This document shows, piece after piece, positions 60,983-64,000 of a DNA stretch of 64,000 nt. The DNA is from Mobula hypostoma (lineage: Eukaryota), in assembly GCF_963921235.1 (NCBI RefSeq), contig NC_086097.1:219544001-219608000 (forward strand), in the 5' to 3' direction. Each line of letters starts with the position of its first letter. Positions within the stretch are counted from its first letter, which is position 1. A program made the translations under genes and the position numbers. Below the pieces are notes generated by a model. It did no database searches and was not told the DNA's origin. It saw nothing but the letters and a program-made list of their open reading frames with translations.

Positions 60983-61975
60983 TAGAACATGGAACATGGA
61001 ACAGACTCTGCCCACAATGTTGTGCTGAACTAATTAAATGAATAATCAGATACCCAACTAAACTAATCCCTTCTGCCAACACAATGTCCATATTTTTCCA
61101 TTTACTGCGCATTCATGGGCCTTTCTAGGAGCATCTTGAATGCCTCCAACAGACAGCCACTGCTACCACACCAGGCAGCATATTCCAGACACCCCCCACT
61201 TTCTGTGGAAAAATTAGCCCTACACTTCTCCTCTGAATTTACTCCCCTCACATTAAGTACATGCCTGTAACAAATATTTCAATACTGGGAAAAACATACT
61301 GGCTTCTACTTGATCCATGCCTCTCATTATCTTACAAACTTCTATCACCTCTCCCCTCAGTCTCCACCGCTCCAGAGGAAACAAGGTTGCCCTCTAATGT
61401 AGAAGCATCCTGGTAAACTTCTCTGAAGCTTTGATATCCTTCCTTTCAGGGGACAATAAGAATTGAATGCAATACTCTAGATAACTCCCAACTCTTGAAC
61501 CCCGGTCCCCAACTAATAAAGGTTATATTTAGCACCTATCAACCTCTGTAGCCACTTTCAGGCAGCTATTGACTTAGACACCCAAAATTGTTCTGCTCAT
61601 CAACACTGTTAAGAGGATTTGCATTACGCCTGCTGTCCCTTTACATTTGATCTTTCAAATGGAACATCTCTCAATTGGCAGGGTTAAACTCCACGTGCCA
61701 TTTCTCCACCGTATCTGCAATTGATTGGTATCCCACTATATCTTTTGCCGGTCTTCTGTGCAATCCACACCACCACCAATCTTGGTATCATTTACACATC
61801 CCACACATCCATGTGATTTATATATATAGCAAAGGTCCCAGTATAGACCTCTGCAGAATACCACTACTCACAGACCTCCAGCTAGAATAAATCCCATCAA
61901 CCACTACTCTGTCTACTATGGGCAAACCAATTCTGAATCTAAGTGGCCAATTCACAGCAGATCCCATGTATCTGT
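60983..61975 (-). mobile_element. Old CR1 3' fragment
   Basis: (GAACATG)n tail; homologous to 26746-27660. Confidence 0.7.
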
Positions 61976-64000
61976 TCTTCCTAAGGACAAGAGCATGACT
62001 TCGCTCCAGCCTCCACTGTATGAATCCTTGCCAGTGTCACGTGACCACCTGGCCAGACTGTCTCAAACTATGATCTTTGAGAACTTCACAGTCCAGAACT
62101 GATTGATGTTACTAATAATGGTTAGTGTGCACAGTGGAAGCTCAACAACCTACAAGCTCCTAAGCCGTGACTATTGGGAGCATCCTATGTAGAAACAAAT
62201 GGTAAAAGAAATGAAGGTACCAAAATGCTATTGAGGAGCACAAGAGTGTTCTTAATGGCTATGGTTAACTGTTACTGTGAGTCCTTTAACATGAGTGAGT
62301 TCTTTACATTTCTATTTTATGTATAAATGCCTGGCGATATTTATAGCCATTTGATGACAGACTCCCAGCCTATTTACAAGTTCTAAATATGCAGAGGTAA
62401 GTATAATTGGCAGCCAATATTCTTGAACATGCTTAGTGCTGGCAAACCAAAGATATACTCCCTTCCCTTTCAGACTTGAATTGTCTAAAGTTAAAGAAAC
62501 TCACATGCAGAAAGGCAGAATTCAAAGCATGTGTTTTTTAAAAATTTTCACAGGTTCTTTCAACATTAATGGTGTGTATTAGATATAATGAGCTCTTAAA
62601 CAAGACAGGAGAATGAGTATTATTTAGAAGCCTAAACAAAACACTACAAAGCCTTGATATGTCATCTGTATTTATACAAGCAAGCATTAATATTGTCTGA
62701 TTGCAGCAAGAAAGAACATGATCCACTCACAGATGTCTGTTGTAATTACTATCAATAACTCAAAGGAAACGCAACTGATCCTGTATACTTAAAATCAAAC
62801 ACAAGCATCTGGAAAGAAAACTGAACAGCTTCTGTGAAAATTGTCAATAGTCTGGTGCATTTTAACTGTGGTTGTAAACATTTTCTTGATTTTTACCTAA
62901 TATTATCCCACTTTCTTCCCTTTATTTATTAGGCTAGAAGCTCTTGGTCCACTCCTGATGTTCTGGTTGTCATCTTCCGTGGTGGGCCAATGTACACAAA
63001 GTTGAATGAGATGGTATCTGTCGGGTTTATCTTCAAAGAGCTATGCAACACTTCATTGGCTTAAAACCACTGCAAATTTTTCCACTGTGGTTGCCGAATT
63101 TACATGACAGGCTACCACACTCTTTAATATCTAATTTAGGATTCTGTGAGCCAGGATTACTTATAATGGCGCACAAGTAACGAGAAGTACTGGAATTTCC
63201 GTCTTCAACCCACTTTTCCTCTTTTCTGGGCTTCTTTCAATTGACCCCTCCATGGTGCATGTGGCATTTACTGACACACACTGGCACCTGTGGAGCAAGT
63301 CCTTATTTGAATTCTCATCCTTATTTTCAAATCCTCCAATGCATCTTTCTTGAATTCTTCTGTAATTTCTCCTATCCTCTCACTTCTTCAATATGACCCT
63401 CTAATTCTCGCTTCTTGTACGCCACCATTTTCCATCAATTCATCATTACTTTCAGCTGTCATGTCACGAAGTTCAAGAATTCCCTCCCTGACACTTTACT
63501 TTTTCACTTCACTTCCGCTAAAAAGCATAAAAGCCTTGATCACAACATCAACAATAAATTTTTCTTTATATGACTCAGTAAAATTTAGTTTGATAACACT
63601 GTGTAATGTCTGTGAATATTGAAAGTTTATGTTGTTCTTGACTCAATCGTTTAAGTTGCCTAATAAAGAAACCATTTTTCTTTGGAGAGATGGGAGGTAG
63701 TGGGGAACTGTCAGAGGCACGGGGGTTGAAATTCCTCCCCTATTGCATGAACTAAATATGCAGTCTAGTGATGGAAGTGCTGAACTCAGCTTCTGTGTTG
63801 TGGTTTCATTGATGTAATATGAGATAGTAATCTGCAAGGTAACTTTCAAGCTGTGATGAGGTTTGATCATGGAGAGTGAAGACTCTGGGAGAGCAGCAGC
63901 CCAGTTTAATGCTCCTCCGAGGCCTGTTAGAATCTTATCTTTGGTCTGACTCTTCAGATCTGTGGGGCTTTGCCACCTGAAGGAAGAAAGGGCAAGTGCA

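Noticed and set aside
1..64000. CRISPR array, operon or other prokaryotic system
   Set aside because: There are no regularly spaced repeats and no dense coding; the content is vertebrate-type retroelements.

Overview
Eukaryotic, repeat-saturated genomic DNA. The CR1, Rex1, RTE, Penelope and V-SINE repertoire suggests a cartilaginous fish, probably a ray (inference). I can identify no intact host protein-coding gene. The long ORFs are fragments of LINE reverse transcriptases, Penelope GIY-YIG domains, a decayed Gypsy gag-pol, or antisense shadows of these. The most notable system is a family of Penelope-like pseudo-LTRs carrying minimal type I hammerhead ribozyme motifs (AGTC-CTGAYGA-A-stem II-GAAAC-GTC-GACT). 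They occur at the 3' end of GIY-YIG-coding copies and as tiny (about 100-300 bp) TSD-flanked fold-back insertions, one of which is a 134-bp-arm near-perfect palindrome. Other observations: an RTE/Penelope chimera inside one 15-bp TSD, three- and four-level nested insertions, a shared insertion site in two homologous elements, a Tigger4/Zombi-like pogo relic, hAT MITEs, a solo LTR, SINEs sharing an RTE-type tail, a weak HDV-like ribozyme candidate, AT-rich enhancer-like islands and a few possible exons. Coordinates were read by eye; ends without a stated TSD are approximate.
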